Counted from the first letter of the stretch, positions 37,349 through 50,540 are shown. The stretch: DNA of 64,000 bases from Octopus sinensis (GCF_006345805.1 NC_042998.1:183520001-183584000), one strand, 5' to 3'. A program made the numbers and translations. The notes: generated by a model not told the origin, from the letters alone.

Positions 37349-37741
37349 TCTATATATATAAAGCTGAAGTTGTCTGTGTATGGCAGGTTTGGTAGCCTTC
37401 AACTAACACTATCTCCTCCGAGACCCAGCGGCGCAAGTTGACCAAAATTGAGAGTATGATAGAAGGCTTGCTCTTCCTTCTGTAGAAGAAAAAATTCAAA
37501 TCGGACCATGTTAACACCAAAAATTATTTACACCAAAAGGTGCTTTTTCTCTATGAAAATTCCTATTTTTTACGATTTTTTTACTGCTGTGTCGCCATTT
37601 TTCAGTGTATTTCAACCAGAAAAATGTTCACTTAAAGAGAACAGCAAGCTACCATACTACACATTTTTTATTTTTCAAAAATTCCAATTCTAAAGGGTTG
37701 AAACAAACCCGAGCAACGCCGGGCGATACTGCTGCTGCTAG
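37349..37741 (+). mobile_element. Non-autonomous Helitron
   Basis: A|TCTATATATATAAA 5' end; 3' hairpin CCCGAGCAACGCCGGG (37708-37723) then CTAG|T; no TSD. Confidence 0.82.
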
Positions 37742-38182
37742 TTTTGAATAAATAAAGGATACTATTAGCTTGCCTGAGTTCCAGCATCTTCTAGTACATA
37801 GAAGAATGTGAATATTTTGACTTAGCCATCTCTCAATTAAGCTTTGCTAGATACTTTCTAGCTTCTAGGTGACAAAAGCCAAGAAAATCATTGAATGGAT
37901 TTTCCATAGAGTTGGAGAAGCTATAGAAGAATTACAATTTCCATCGTTATGTGAAGTGTAGTGATGAGGCAATGCATAATGCATTCAATTGTTGGCATAA
38001 CATATGCAGAATGCAAAATTATATTCACTCTAATTAAGGCACTACAGGGAATGAATAGACAGAGTTTTGACAGTATCACGTGGAGGACTATCAATTTGGA
38101 TCTTAGGTCATGTATCTTTCTGAGAAGCATTGGGAATTGGTGCTTCCTGAGGTATTATACACTTTAAAATCACTGGTGTATA

Positions 38183-38412
38183 CAGGTGGCGAGCTGGCAG
38201 AAACGTTAGCACGCCGGGTGAAATGCTTAGCGGTATTTTGTCTGTTGTTACATTCTCAGTTCAAATTCCACCGAGGTCGACTTTGCCTTTCATCCTTTCG
38301 GGGTCAATAAATAAAGTACCAGTTTCGCACTGGGGTTGATATAATCAACTTAATCCCTTAGTCTATCCTTGTTTGTCCCCTCTATGTTTAGCCCCTTGTG
38401 GGCAGTAAAGAA
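38183..38412 (+). mobile_element. SINE family B, full length
   Basis: Head AGGTGGCGAGCTGGCAGAAACGTTAG, B-box-like GTTCAAATTCC, core GACTTTGCCTTTCATCCTTTCGGGGTC. Confidence 0.88.
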
Positions 38413-38704
38413 ATATATACAGCAACAAATACTACACACTATGAAGTTTTTCTTATCAACATCCCTCTTCCCATGGAAATCTGCTGTCCTCCTGACTAAT
38501 GACTCTTAGACTAGTACTCCTAAGGAAGTTCATGAGAAATATCAAGCACAGACCATTCGTAGATAAGTTGAACTCTTTGATAATAATCCAGCTTATGAAA
38601 TTATCAGGTATTTTGATGGATGGGAATCTACTGTTCCTGTTCATGACTTGGCTCCTTGTCCTGAAGCCCAGCCGATTACCACCATTTCTATTATCTTGTA
38701 TTGT

Positions 38705-39080
38705 TTAATTTTTTCAGCTATTCGACTGTGACCATGCTGGGGCATTGTCTTGAAGGGTTTTAGTTGAACAAATCGACTCCAGTGCTTATTTTTTTTAAAG
38801 CCTAGTACTAATTCTATTGATCTCTTTTGCCAAACCACTAAGTTATAGGGACATAAACAAACCAACACCAGTTGTCAAGTGATGGTGGGCAAACACAAAG
38901 ACACCCATCCAAATACACACACACACAGATATGATGAGCTTTGATCAACTCCTTACCAAATCACAAGGCTTTGATCAACCTAGGGCTATAGAAGAAGGCA
39001 CCTGCCCTTGGTGCCATACATGGAACTGAACCTGAAACCATGTGGTTGAGAAGAAAACATCTTAACCACACAGCCATATA
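38705..39080 (-). mobile_element. CORE-type SINE (family C), decayed
   Basis: Homology to 18495-18880. Confidence 0.78.
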
Positions 39081-39411
39081 TATGTGCGTGTGTGGAAGCA
39101 TGTGGCGTACTGGTTGTGGTACTGAACTCATCATTGTAAGATTGTGGTTTCAATTCCTTCCTTAATCAGGCAACACATTGTTCCAGTCCTCTTAGCTAGC
39201 AAAAGTGGGTAATCTTGTGATGGACTGGTGTCCTGTCCAGGGAAGAATATATGCACCATGGAAACCAGCACTATGAGTCTATAATGACTTGGAAAGGATC
39301 TTTATTCAATACACACACACACAAAATAAAAGGAAAAAGTGCCGGCCGGCCGGCCAGCCGATTCCAGTCTACTTAGTTCATAATTTGGTGATATTCAGTA
39401 GGATCCTTTAC

Positions 39412-40400
39412 CTTTAAGAATTAAATCTTTAAACTAGCAAATAGTACCCTCCCAACTACCGCCAAAAGAGTAATGTGTAAATTTTGGAAAAGTTGTAATC
39501 CACTAGTTGTAGCCTAATTTGGCAACCCTGATAACACATATTAACAAGAAGAAGAAAACTGATTCAATGACCATTTGAACCTGCACAGTTGGTGATGCCA
39601 AGAAACTTAACAGCTCCCATGGTAAATTTGCCAGCAATTTTGGAACTCAGCCACCTACTTTAATTATTTATTTTTTTTTTTTTTGTAATCACTTTTAAGT
39701 AGTAGTAGTAGTATTGGTAGTGGTGGTGGTGATGGTGGTGGTGGTGGTAGTAGTAGTAGTAGTGATGGTAAGAACAGTAGCAGCACAGACTCTGCAAGAG
39801 ATAGATGGGCAAGGGTGATAGTAATAGTTATGGCTTGAGTTGCATGAGTGGCAATACTACATGAAATAGCAGTAGTAGTAGTACCAACTGCAGCAGCTGT
39901 TGCAGATTGGGCAATACTTAAAGAGGGTAAACTCTATCATGTTTTGAGAGAATGAGAGAGAGAGTGAGAGAGTGAGAGGGGGGGGAGAGAGAGAGAGAGA
40001 GAGAGAGTGTGTACATGTGCATAGGTGGTGGTGGCAGGTAGCACTCTTGTTAATTTCAGCAGTAACATATGTGTGTGGGTGGTAACCACAACCCTACTGA
40101 AGGCAACCTCAAGCAAAAAAAAAAACACCCACCCACAACTAACAGCAGTAGTAGAATGACTAACCAAGACCAGTGCTGGTGTTAGAAGCCCCCCCCGCCC
40201 CCCCCCCTTCTCGGTGAAGAGACAAAGGTCATTAGCAAAGTGTTTACTTTTGAGGGAGTAATTTACTTTAACTCAAGTACTAAGATATCTTAACGATGTT
40301 AATAGACAAAGCAAGGTCAATGTCATGCTGACAGCCGCGCCCAACCTTTTCCATCTAGTTACTAATTTAGGTTATTAGGTCATTCCAAAGTTAGTTCCAC
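39412..40400 (-). promoter_or_regulatory. Candidate promoter and non-coding first exon of the LZTS-like gene
   Basis: TE-free block with (CT)n, C-runs and triplet repeats, and a good minus-strand donor AAG|GTAAAG at 39412/39411. Inference only; no transcript evidence. Confidence 0.3.
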
Positions 40401-42359
40401 CACCCACCACCACCACCACACACCTGTCTTACACCCCCACCCCGTCTCCAACCAATAAATTAATCAAAGAAATGAAATAGTAGAAACAAATGGCATGGTG
40501 GGGGGGTGGGGGTGTTTATGAACAATGCAACACTTCTAATGCTTTTTTTTCTTTTTTTTTTTTCTTTCAGATATCTCACTTCGTTAGTAGTATTACCAGT
40601 GCCAAATTCTTGCTCTTCAACCATTGCATGCAGATTGGAGACAAATATAAGGATTATAATGCAGATCTGCCAAGTTTGGTTAGACCATTTTAAAATAAGG
40701 TAAAAAAAATAAAATAAAAAAAATAAAAAGAAAAAAAGAAGGAAAGAAAAAAACAAAAAAAAACATGTTTTACTATTTAAAACTTTGGTCCATTCAATTT
40801 GTGATTTTTATCTCATTAGTTTGATTATAAAAGACTGATAATAATATCGTGAAATTGCAAAACATTTATTCTCTAAATACAAGATTTCTTAGATTGCTTT
40901 CCAAACTCGGAATGAACAGAGAATTTTAATGATTCAGAAAAGATTGCCCAAGTAAGATAAACAGTTAATACCTAATTACTAACAAATAAAAAGCTGTGTA
41001 CTTGGCAAATACTCTTAAAACATTTGAATGGCTCAGTCCATTAAGCTGAAAACAGTAACACAGCTCCATTCAATTAACTGAAGCCTCTCTTTCTCTCCAA
41101 GCAGAACTCTGTTACTATCTAAGAAAGGAAATCATCATTGCCTTACATACATTGTTATAGATCTTAGGAAAAAAAAAAAGCATATCTTTCCATTTAGAGG
41201 AAGAAGGAAAAAAATATCTGACATTGTTTAGCAATAGTTTATGGTTAACAATAAAAATAGAATCAGTAAATGATATATGGTAAATAGGCAATTCCATTAT
41301 TCTTGATAAAATTCCATTCATATCAGAACAGTACAAGGGACTTTTGGAATTTAGACAGAAGTTCCACAAGTACATAACAGATCTACTCAATTAGTGAAAT
41401 GGTTGTTAATATATTTAAAGCAACAAGCAAAGACATTTTACTTATTCAAAATTGCAGCTATAGTGAAAAGTATCAATCGTTATCATAATGACCAACTCTG
41501 GCAAGAAAAGCAAGGTAGACAACCCAGGAATTTTAATTGAATAGAATACAGTTAAGAGTGAATCTGTTCATTGGTCATATAGTGACAACTCTAGACATGT
41601 TTCAATCTTTTGTATGCATTCAGCCTTGCCATTGAAATTTAATCTTCTGAAGTTGTTTATTGACTTGCATCAATTGAGCTTGGTTTAGGGTAGACCTGAA
41701 TGTCCACTTTGCAATGATATATATATGCTGCATTGATCTGATTTTAGTGTCTGCATTGCAAACTGAATCAGCAATCTGAATGACTTTATCTATGAATCAA
41801 TCATCTTCAGGATGAAAAGGATGAGTCAACTCTGGTAAGACTGCACTAAGACTCGAGATGTCTTTCACACAGTAACATCTTTATAATCTTTGTTTCCTGT
41901 CCTCACTGAATGATTATTTCAACATTTTTTTTTCTACAACTAGCAATCATTTGAATATCAAGTGGAAGTGGTACCTATTGTTAGATACTCAGCAAAACTG
42001 AGGATGCATAGCAAAACTGAGGATACATAGTGCTTTACCTAAGAGGTCATATCACTTTGAATGCTATATCAAAACTGAGTAATGACTAATGAATGATCAA
42101 TCACTATACCTTCTGACAATGCACAACATGGCTCAGTTTATAATGATTTTCAATATAAAGCCATAAACCACAAATTTGGGCGAGAGATATATCAATAAAA
42201 CAGAACCCAGTACTTAAGTATTTCAACTTGGACGGATGACAACAGAGTTATACCTGCTGCAATTCGAAATCAGAATGTAAACAGTCATAAGTAACTACAA
42301 CAAAGTGTTTTGTCCAATTCTGCTTATCAGTCACCCTTTCAAATGATAGACTTTTATCA

Positions 42360-42675
42360 ACTTTTATTTGTTTCAGTCACTGAACTGTGGCCACGCTGGG
42401 GTACTGTCTTGAAGGATTTTTGTTGAATAAATCAGTTCCACTACTTAAGTTTGGCATTTATTTTATTGGCTTCTTTTGCTGAACCACTAAGTTACTGGTA
42501 CATAAGCAAATCAACACAGTTTCTCAAGTGGTGGTAGTGGGGACACACAAGCACACACACACATAATGGGCTGCTATATAGTTTCTATGGTCCAAGACAT
42601 TTGCCCGAGGTGCCATGCAGTGGGACTGAACCTGAAACTAAATGGTTGCAAAGCAAGCTTCTAAGCCATACCTGT
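42360..42675 (-). mobile_element. CORE-type SINE (family C), decayed
   Basis: Homology to 18495-18880. Confidence 0.72.
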
Positions 42676-42693
42676 ACTGATAATGATAATAAT

Positions 42694-42900
42694 GGCTGAA
42701 ACCGGCTCTGGCTCTGTAGTACAAATGTCTTGTTTTCATAAGTTTTGAATTAAAATCTTTCACCAAAGCTTAGTCACAATTTGTGTTCCTAACACTAGCT
42801 TATTTATAACTAAGTTATTTTACTAAATTCTTTGTTATATTTCAAATAATTGAAAGAAACAAAGAGCATCTCAAAATAAATACGGTAATGAAAGGGTTAA
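42694..42900 (-). mobile_element. piggyBac-type MITE, family 1, one end truncated
   Basis: Reverse complement of family 1; ends GAAAGGG-TTAA at 42900. Confidence 0.85.
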
Positions 42901-43359
42901 ACAATTGTAAAGAACACTAATTTTTATCATTTTCAATTCCTTAGTGTTTCTAAATGTAACAGAATCTGAAAAATTTTCGTTCTCCTTTCCAAAATATTTG
43001 GTACTGAGTTTTATAGTTAGTTCTTATCAGGACTGAGATTTATCTGAAGAAAAAACAAAATAAAACAAAAAACAAACATATTTTCAATAGTGATATCATA
43101 TATTCTCCAACAAAATACCTACAAACATTAGTATATACATTTCTATTTCCTCAATTTATGACATGTGGCAATTAAATCAGACTTCTTCCTTCCTCTTACA
43201 TTTCGTTTTTCAGGAAGTTAGAGGTACAATGGTTATGAATGCTACTTCTATTGTAGTGCAAGGAAGAAATATTAGAAATATACTGAAATTTCATCTTTTA
43301 ATAATAAGTATCTAATCTCTTACACTGAAACAGTAGGGGGCTGTAAACATTTATATACA

Positions 43360-44136
43360 TACTCTTTACTCTTTTACTTGTTCCAGTCATTTGACTGTGG
43401 CCATGCTGGAGCACCACCTTTTAGTCGAGCAAATCAACCCCAGGACTTATGCTTTGTAAGCCTAGTGCTTATTCTATCGGTCTCTTTTCCTGAACTGCTA
43501 AGTTACGGGGATGTAAACACACCAGCATCGGTTCTCAAACGATGTTGGGGGGGGAGGACGAACACAGACACACAAACATATATACATACATATATATATA
43601 TATATACGACGGGTTTCTTTCAGTTTCCGTCTACCAAATCCACTCACAAGGCTATAGTAGAAGACACTTGCCCAAGGTGCCACGCAGTGGGACTGAACCT
43701 GGAACCATGTGGTTCGTAAGTAAGCTACTTACCGCACAGCCACTCCTACATACACACACAATATATTTTATCTTATATCTTTTACTTGTTTCAGTCATAT
43801 TAGACTGGCCATGCTGGAGCACCACCTAGAAGAATTATTATTACAAATGAATCAATACTTATTTTTTATTAAGCCTGGTACTTATTCTACTGGTCACTTT
43901 TGCTGAACTGCTAAGTTACAGGGACGTAAAATGCATCAACACTAGTTGTCAAGTGGTAGTGGGGGATAAACACATATGATGGGCTTCTTTCAGTTTCTGT
44001 CTCCCAAGTCTATTCATAAGGTTTTGGTCAGCCAGAGGCAGAAGTAGGAGACACTTGCCCAAGGTGCCATGCAGTGAGACTGAACCTGCAACCATGTGGT
44101 TGGGAAGCAAGCTTCTTACTACAGACACACCTGTGC

Positions 44137-44140
<4 letters not shown>
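43360..44140 (-). mobile_element. Two tandem CORE-type SINEs (family C)
   Basis: Homology to 18495-18880 at 43360-43750 and 43780-44140. Confidence 0.85.
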
Positions 44141-44178
<38 letters not shown>

Positions 44179-44531
44179 AAATAAACAGGAGAGTCATAAC
44201 TGGAATTCTTTTGATCATAAGTTTGCTTGATCAGAAATGTCCTGAAGCTAAAAAACACAAGATTCCCAACTATAGTTTCAAGTTTGTCAAGCAGTTTAAA
44301 AGCCCCAACAAGGTTTCAACTTATTACAGTTGCACAGCACTTTAGTCAGGTGAAAATAAACTCTACGGTTGTAAGAAAGCCTCTAGACTAGTTCTCAACC
44401 ATTTCTAACCTATGGATCCCTTCAATCTTTATTTTATTTGGGTGGACTCTCATAGACATTTCGTTGCTTTAAAAAATTCTATTATATTTTTATAGTTTAG
44501 GAATTGTATTAAAAATGTTGTTAAAATTGTT

Positions 44532-44939
44532 GGATCTTTTCGGTTTGAACGGCAGTTTTTAACATAATTTCTAGGTAACTAAACACTTTTAAACTTCGTA
44601 TACTGGTATAATGTGTTTATAAAACATCTTTTTCTCTTGGTTTTATTGAGAAAATTCTATGGTTTGTAAGATATTTGTTGTTGTTTTTTCTTCTGTTTCT
44701 GCAATTTCAACCAATCAATAACGTCTATTGAGGTGAAAACATTCTGTGCCGTATGGATATGTCCCTCGTTTAAGAAACAGATTGGGTTTATTTACATTTG
44801 TGAAGAAAAAAAGATACCCCCCCCCCAACTAACCCTAACACTGATTGAAATGCAATAGATCGATATTAGGGTCATAATTATGGGCGACAATTTCATATGA
44901 CACCGCTAGAAAAAACTGCCGGTCGAACCGAAAAGATCT
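44532..44939 (+). mobile_element. Merlin-like MITE, copy 1
   Basis: TIR GGATCTTTTCGGTTTGAACGGCAGTTTTT ... AAAAACTGCCGGTCGAACCGAAAAGATC; no TSD visible. Confidence 0.72.
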
Positions 44940-45762
44940 CCGCTCCTCTAGACCGTCACTTGCTTTACCAGAAACAACAGTCAAATTCCTTCAGACAACA
45001 TTAAGAGAGATAGAGAAAGAACAGTCAGTATAATCCTCTTTAAATAAAACCATGAGATGGTCACGGCTGAACGCCTTTGATCATAGCGAGACACTTGATC
45101 AAGAAAGCATATATGAACAAACGGCCCATCTGAAATCCAACAGATACTTATAGCGTTGCTAAGGACTATCATTTTTCATTATGCCTACAGGATATAATTA
45201 TCTGTTTAGATTTGTGACTATACGAGAGAGAGAGATCAAAAGAGACACGCTATCAACAATAGGCAATATCGTTACAGTGTTCTTTAATCTGATACTTTCC
45301 ATGTGAAAGAATTTCTTTTAACTATAGATACAGCTGAACATTTTTTTTTTACTCATTTATCTGTTCTCGGATGGAAGCCACAGCATACCGTTTTCTGGCT
45401 TATCATTGGTTGTGAAAGAATATTTGCTTTTTTAATTTTTTAATGTATATACACTATCAATTACAGCTATTAGTGAAGCTAATATAGGAAAGGAAACACT
45501 ACAAGCAACTTGAGCTAATGAATCAATAACGAAGCTGGTGAAGATGAGCATGCACATGGAAAAAGCAATTTGTAATTGCTGCAAGATGTAAGGTCAAACA
45601 AGTTGTAGCGAGAGTATCTGGAAAATAACATTATTACTATGTAGTGCACGTGGATCTAGAAATATTTATTGACAGACTGCAGGTCTATAGTCTGGAGGAT
45701 ACAACGTCTTTAGAGGGCTGTTTGTAACCCTGTCCTCATCATGTCTGTTTTGGATTGGCTTC

Positions 45763-46170
45763 GGATCTTTTCGGTTTGAACGGCAGTTTTTAACATAATT
45801 TCTAGGTAACTAAAAAATTTTAAACTTCGTATACTGGTAGAATGTGTTTATAAAACATCTTTTTCTCTTGGTTTTATTGAGAAAATTCTATAGTTTGTAA
45901 GATATTTGTTGTTGTTTTTTCTTCTGTTTCTGCAATTTCAACCAATCAATAACGTCTACTGAGGTGAAAACATTCTGTGCCGTATGGATATGTCCCTCGT
46001 TTAAGAAACAGATTGGGTTTATTTTGTGAAGAAAAAAAGATACCCCCCCCCAACTAACCCTAACCCTAAAACTGATTGAAATGCAATAGATCGATATTAG
46101 GGTCATAATTATGGGTGACAATTTCATATGACACCGCTAGAAAAAACTGTCGTTCAAACCGAAAAGATCC
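45763..46170 (+). mobile_element. Merlin-like MITE, copy 2
   Basis: Same TIR, GG...CC termini, 8-bp TSD TTGGCTTC/ATGGCTTC; inserted into a family A SINE. Confidence 0.78.
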
Positions 46171-46711
46171 ATGGCTTCTACAGCTGGATACCATTCCCAA
46201 TGCCAACCACTTCAAAGTCACTGTCAATACTATTCTTGTCAAAGAATAATAAGTTTGAATTCCACCAAATGTGTCGAGTAATATTTCAATTTAATGTAAA
46301 GTTGTTTCTCTTATAACATAAAAACAAACATTATATGTGAAGTGAATAGCAAGGACTCAATATCTTAGTGAAAAATGAATGAGTGTACTAACAAAAAAAG
46401 AGGGTTTTGAAAGACTGCTTAGAAATTGAGATTTTGATACATAGCTTTAGACCTGTGATGGACGGCGAGAGAAACAAATTGATGAGAATCTATCTGAGTA
46501 GTTTATTACAAAAAATAGACTTATTCCATTACCTATGACTTAAATCATTATCTAAACTGGTGTCTAGGAATGAGGTGGGGTTTGCTAGATAAAGTTTAAG
46601 AAATTATTTAGTGTCTGCTGATGATGTAAGGACATTTTTTTGCTGAAGGAATGGCTAACAACAACTTGCATATCTCAGAATATGCATGGCAGAGAAACAC
46701 GGATGGTTGAT

Positions 46712-46712
<1 letters not shown>

Positions 46713-46744
<32 letters not shown>

Positions 46745-46890
46745 GTGTACAGTGCTCAGGTGCACTACAACTCATCTAAAGTGTATATATAATCAGGTGT
46801 AGTTTCAGCGGATTTCGGAAAGCATGAGGGCCTTAAAGGATGCAGTGTCATGGCAGTCAACAACTGATGCAGGCAGTTTATTCCATGCAT
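46713..46890 (-). mobile_element. CR1-clade LINE 3' end
   Basis: AWNKLPASVVDCHDTASFKALMLSEIR*, then a short 3' UTR and an (ATT)n tail. Confidence 0.75.
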
Positions 46891-47822
46891 TTAGATGGCA
46901 TTCATTAAATAACTTGAGCGAAAAAAGAATAAAAAGTTTGATACAATATGAACCTGAAAAGAGTGAGAAGTTTGAGTACAAATTTGGAGAAATACCTAGG
47001 TATAAAAGCATTTAATAGTGTTTGATATAATGATATATTTTATATTTTATGGGTTACGAATACTTAACGAGTTGATAGCTATATACAGAATTATACTAAC
47101 GAATGCCTTAGATAAAATACAGCAACAATGAAGATATATTGGAAATTTATTCAACATACACACATAAACATATGAAAATATAGATGCGATGATGATAACT
47201 TTTAAACTGCTTAAAAAATTGTTTTTGATAACAGATAAATGTTTTATTAAAAAGTAGGAAAAAGTTAAATAGGATATCATAAATATAAGAGCCTATGCAA
47301 TAAAATAACTCTAAGTGCATTAAATATTTTATTATAGGTAGATTTACTGAAGTTGAATAAATATAGTTATTGACAATTACAACTGTGTTTTTTTATCATT
47401 TAGCTTCAAATTGAAAATGTATTCGTCAGTTATTGTTAGTTAAAAACGAACTGAAATACGTTTTGCTGTTATAATAAAGACTACTACTGCTACTACTACT
47501 ATAACTGCTATTTAAATTTTTTTAAATTTATTATATTTAGAATATATCATACAGTTTATATTTCTCACTGGTAATTACCAGAAAATAGTGCGTATATATA
47601 AGTGTATGGTATACATGTGTGTGTATGTGGTGTGTGTGTGTGTGTAATAATGGTGTTGCACATGCATATAGTGCCAATATGCTGAATTTCTGATTCGATT
47701 TGATTCCTACATGATAGACTTTCAGAAGGACATGAACAACACAACATTGCATTACTTTATTCACTCAATGACTGCATAAACTACATCTTTGAACACACAC
47801 ACATACATACATATGTACATAT

Positions 47823-47874
<52 letters not shown>

Positions 47875-47924
47875 GTGTATGTGTGTATGTGTGTATGTAT
47901 GTATGTATGTAGTGTGTGTGTGTG

Positions 47925-48146
47925 TGTGAAAGATTCGAGCGAGGTCGTTGCTAGTACTGCCTGACTGGCCCCGTGCCAGTGGCACGTAAAAAGCACCCAC
48001 TACACTCTCGCAGTGGTTGGCGTTAGGAAGGGCATCCAGCTGTAGAAACTCTGCTAGATCAAGATTGAAGCCTGGTGCAGCCAGTCCTCAGTCATTCGTC
48101 CAACCCATGCTAGCATGGAAAGCGGACGTTAAACGATGATGATGAT
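47925..48146 (+). mobile_element. SINE family A
   Basis: Family A core and (GAT)n tail. Confidence 0.85.
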
Positions 48147-48212
48147 ATATAAGAATTTTTTGCGTAATAAAAAACCAAGGCTGTAAAGATATTAGAGCAT
48201 TTATATATAGAA

Positions 48213-48261
48213 GGTCTTACAGCTGTTTCTAGGATATTAATTAATAATATCCCTTCATCAG
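48213..48261 (-). ncRNA. Hammerhead-like motif with intact core nucleotides but unpaired stem I
   Basis: CUGAUGA-A-GGGAUAUUA(5 nt)UAAUAUCCU-A-GAAA-CAGCUG-UA/AGACC; palindromic ACAGCUGU; upstream CCAUCA does not pair with AGACC. Confidence 0.6.
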
Positions 48262-49074
48262 TGATGGTGTGAGAGGAAAAATTAGGTCATAGTTAGTTTA
48301 GATGTGATACAATACAAAATAGAGAGTGAGGTGGAGGAAAGAAAATAGATGTAAGATATGTACGGGTATTGAAGTTATAAATCTGTTTTATAGGCATAAT
48401 GGTATATATGTAATATTCCAATATCCTTTGAGTAAAATCCAAAAGTCCAACAAAGTTTAATACGAGTCCTTCCAAATATAGAGTTTATAAGCAATGTAAG
48501 ATCTTTATACATATATATATATAAAGATGTGAATTAAAACTGAAAATTTGTAAAGGTAACTTGCAATTTTTTTTTAATGTTCTTCAGAGAACAATACTCA
48601 GCTCAATAAATGTTTTGTTCCAGCCATCTTTGTGCATGAAAGGGAATATTTTTATTCCTCGTTATTCAGCAGATTGGGCTACATTTTACTGAAGTTTATT
48701 AAAATTTTCAACATGTTAAAGAGATATTCTTTCCCTTCAATAGGATGAGAAGTTACCATAGATTTTTTTATCCCCATCGCCAGGACATTAAGCTTTGGCA
48801 TACTAACGATTAAACGTCATTTTAGCTGCTTTCAACAATGAACTCTCCCACTTTGTGAGTGGTAGTATGACTGAATGGTTAAACAATTTGTTTCACAATT
48901 AAAAAGTCAAAGGTTTAATTCCACTGCCTCAAGCTTTTGGGATCAAACTGAGTGGACGGAGACTGTTTGGGAGGAAACCTGACGGATGGATTATAGCCAT
49001 AATCTAAAGTTATAGATTTGTCAAAGATAGTGTCAAATTGAGTCTACTTGAGGATTATATCAATGGTACATGTG

Positions 49075-49690
49075 TATCGTTAGGTGCAGGCATGGATGTG
49101 TGATTAAGAAGCTTGTTTGCAGCCATGTAGTTTCAGGTTCAGTCCTACTGAGTGGCACCTTGGCCAAGTATTTTCTACAACACCCCCAGGTTGACCAATG
49201 CCTTCTGAGTGAATTTGGCAGAGGAAAACTATGTCGAAACCTGTCGTTTATGCATGAGTGTGTGTGCTGGTGGCATGTAAAAATCACCCACTACACTCTT
49301 GGAGTGGCTGGCATTAGGAAGGGCATCCAGCCATAGAAACCATGCCAAATTAGATTGGTATCTGGGGCAGCTCACCAGCTTACCAGTTTTCAGTTAAACC
49401 GTCCAACTCATGCCAGCATGGAAAATGGACGTTAAATGATGATGACGATGTGTCTGTTTGTTTTTGTCTGTCTTCTCCATCTCCTGATAACCAATGCTGG
49501 TTTGTTTACATCCCTGTAAAACTTAGTGGTTTGGCAAAAGAGATTGATTGAATAGGGATCAGGCTTGAAGAAAATGCAAGTACTGGTGGGTAGTGAGGGG
49601 AGGGTCGATCCATTTCACTAAACTCCTCAAGGTGGTACCCCAGTATGGCCAAAGTTCAATGACTGAAAAAAGTAAAAGGTAAAAGGTGTA
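49075..49690 (+). mobile_element. CORE-type SINE interrupted by a family A SINE (49265-49450)
   Basis: Family C head, family A core, family C tail. Confidence 0.72.
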
Positions 49691-50293
49691 TGTGGAGTAT
49701 GCAGTCCCTTACATGTCTATTAATTGCCAAGTTGTTCAAATAACTGAATCCTCATAATTGAAAATGAAAGAAATTCCTCATTTATGTGTTATAACCGCAA
49801 TACCCATCCAGCAAGACCACTTACAGCTTGGTGGTCTAAACCACTGAGAATTAAATGTCTGTGTCTATGCCACAAGCAAAGTGTATTACTAGTCAGTGGT
49901 GAGACATGAACCACACACCTTCTTGTTGGTAGTCTGTTATACAATCAACAAGGCTGGCTTTGATAGCAAAGAGAAACAGATGTAAACAAAACAGGTTCTT
50001 ATATGATAATAACGATTTAAACTTGATAAAATTACTTCAAAGAATTAAGCTGAAAGCAAACATATAAACCTACATACATTATTTGCTCGACCTGCTAATA
50101 TAGAAGTGAAATCATTCCTTAAATAAATTACTTCTGTCCTAAATCTGGGAACCATATGTTACAAGTCTAAAGCCAATAGGCTAAAGAATTTGAACACGAT
50201 GTACATATGCTAGCATTAAGTACTTGCATACAATCTTTTATCAGCAACATGCCTCTATTTATATGTATGTATATATTTATATATATATGCATG

Positions 50294-50332
<39 letters not shown>

Positions 50333-50448
50333 ATTGGTGAATTGAAGAACAGTTTCGATAAACAGTTTCGCCATGGGCTCTTAGGAGCATAGTTTGATTT
50401 GTTTTTGCTCCGCCTCTGTTCTGTTTTTGTTTTTCCAACGGATTTCCT

Positions 50449-50540
50449 ATTTTCTTCCTGAAGAGAAAGACACAATATGGTCCCATTATTCAATCGGATT
50501 TTGGTAATTTGTGCCTTTCGAAACACGTGTAGAATGAAAT
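50449..50540 (+). ncRNA. Type I hammerhead ribozyme with extended stem II, intact core
   Basis: AUUUUCUUC-CUGAAGA-GAAAGACACAA...UUGUGCCUUUC-GAAA-CACGUG-UA/GAAUGAAAU; palindromic ACACGUGU; predicted cleavage after 50531. Confidence 0.8.
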
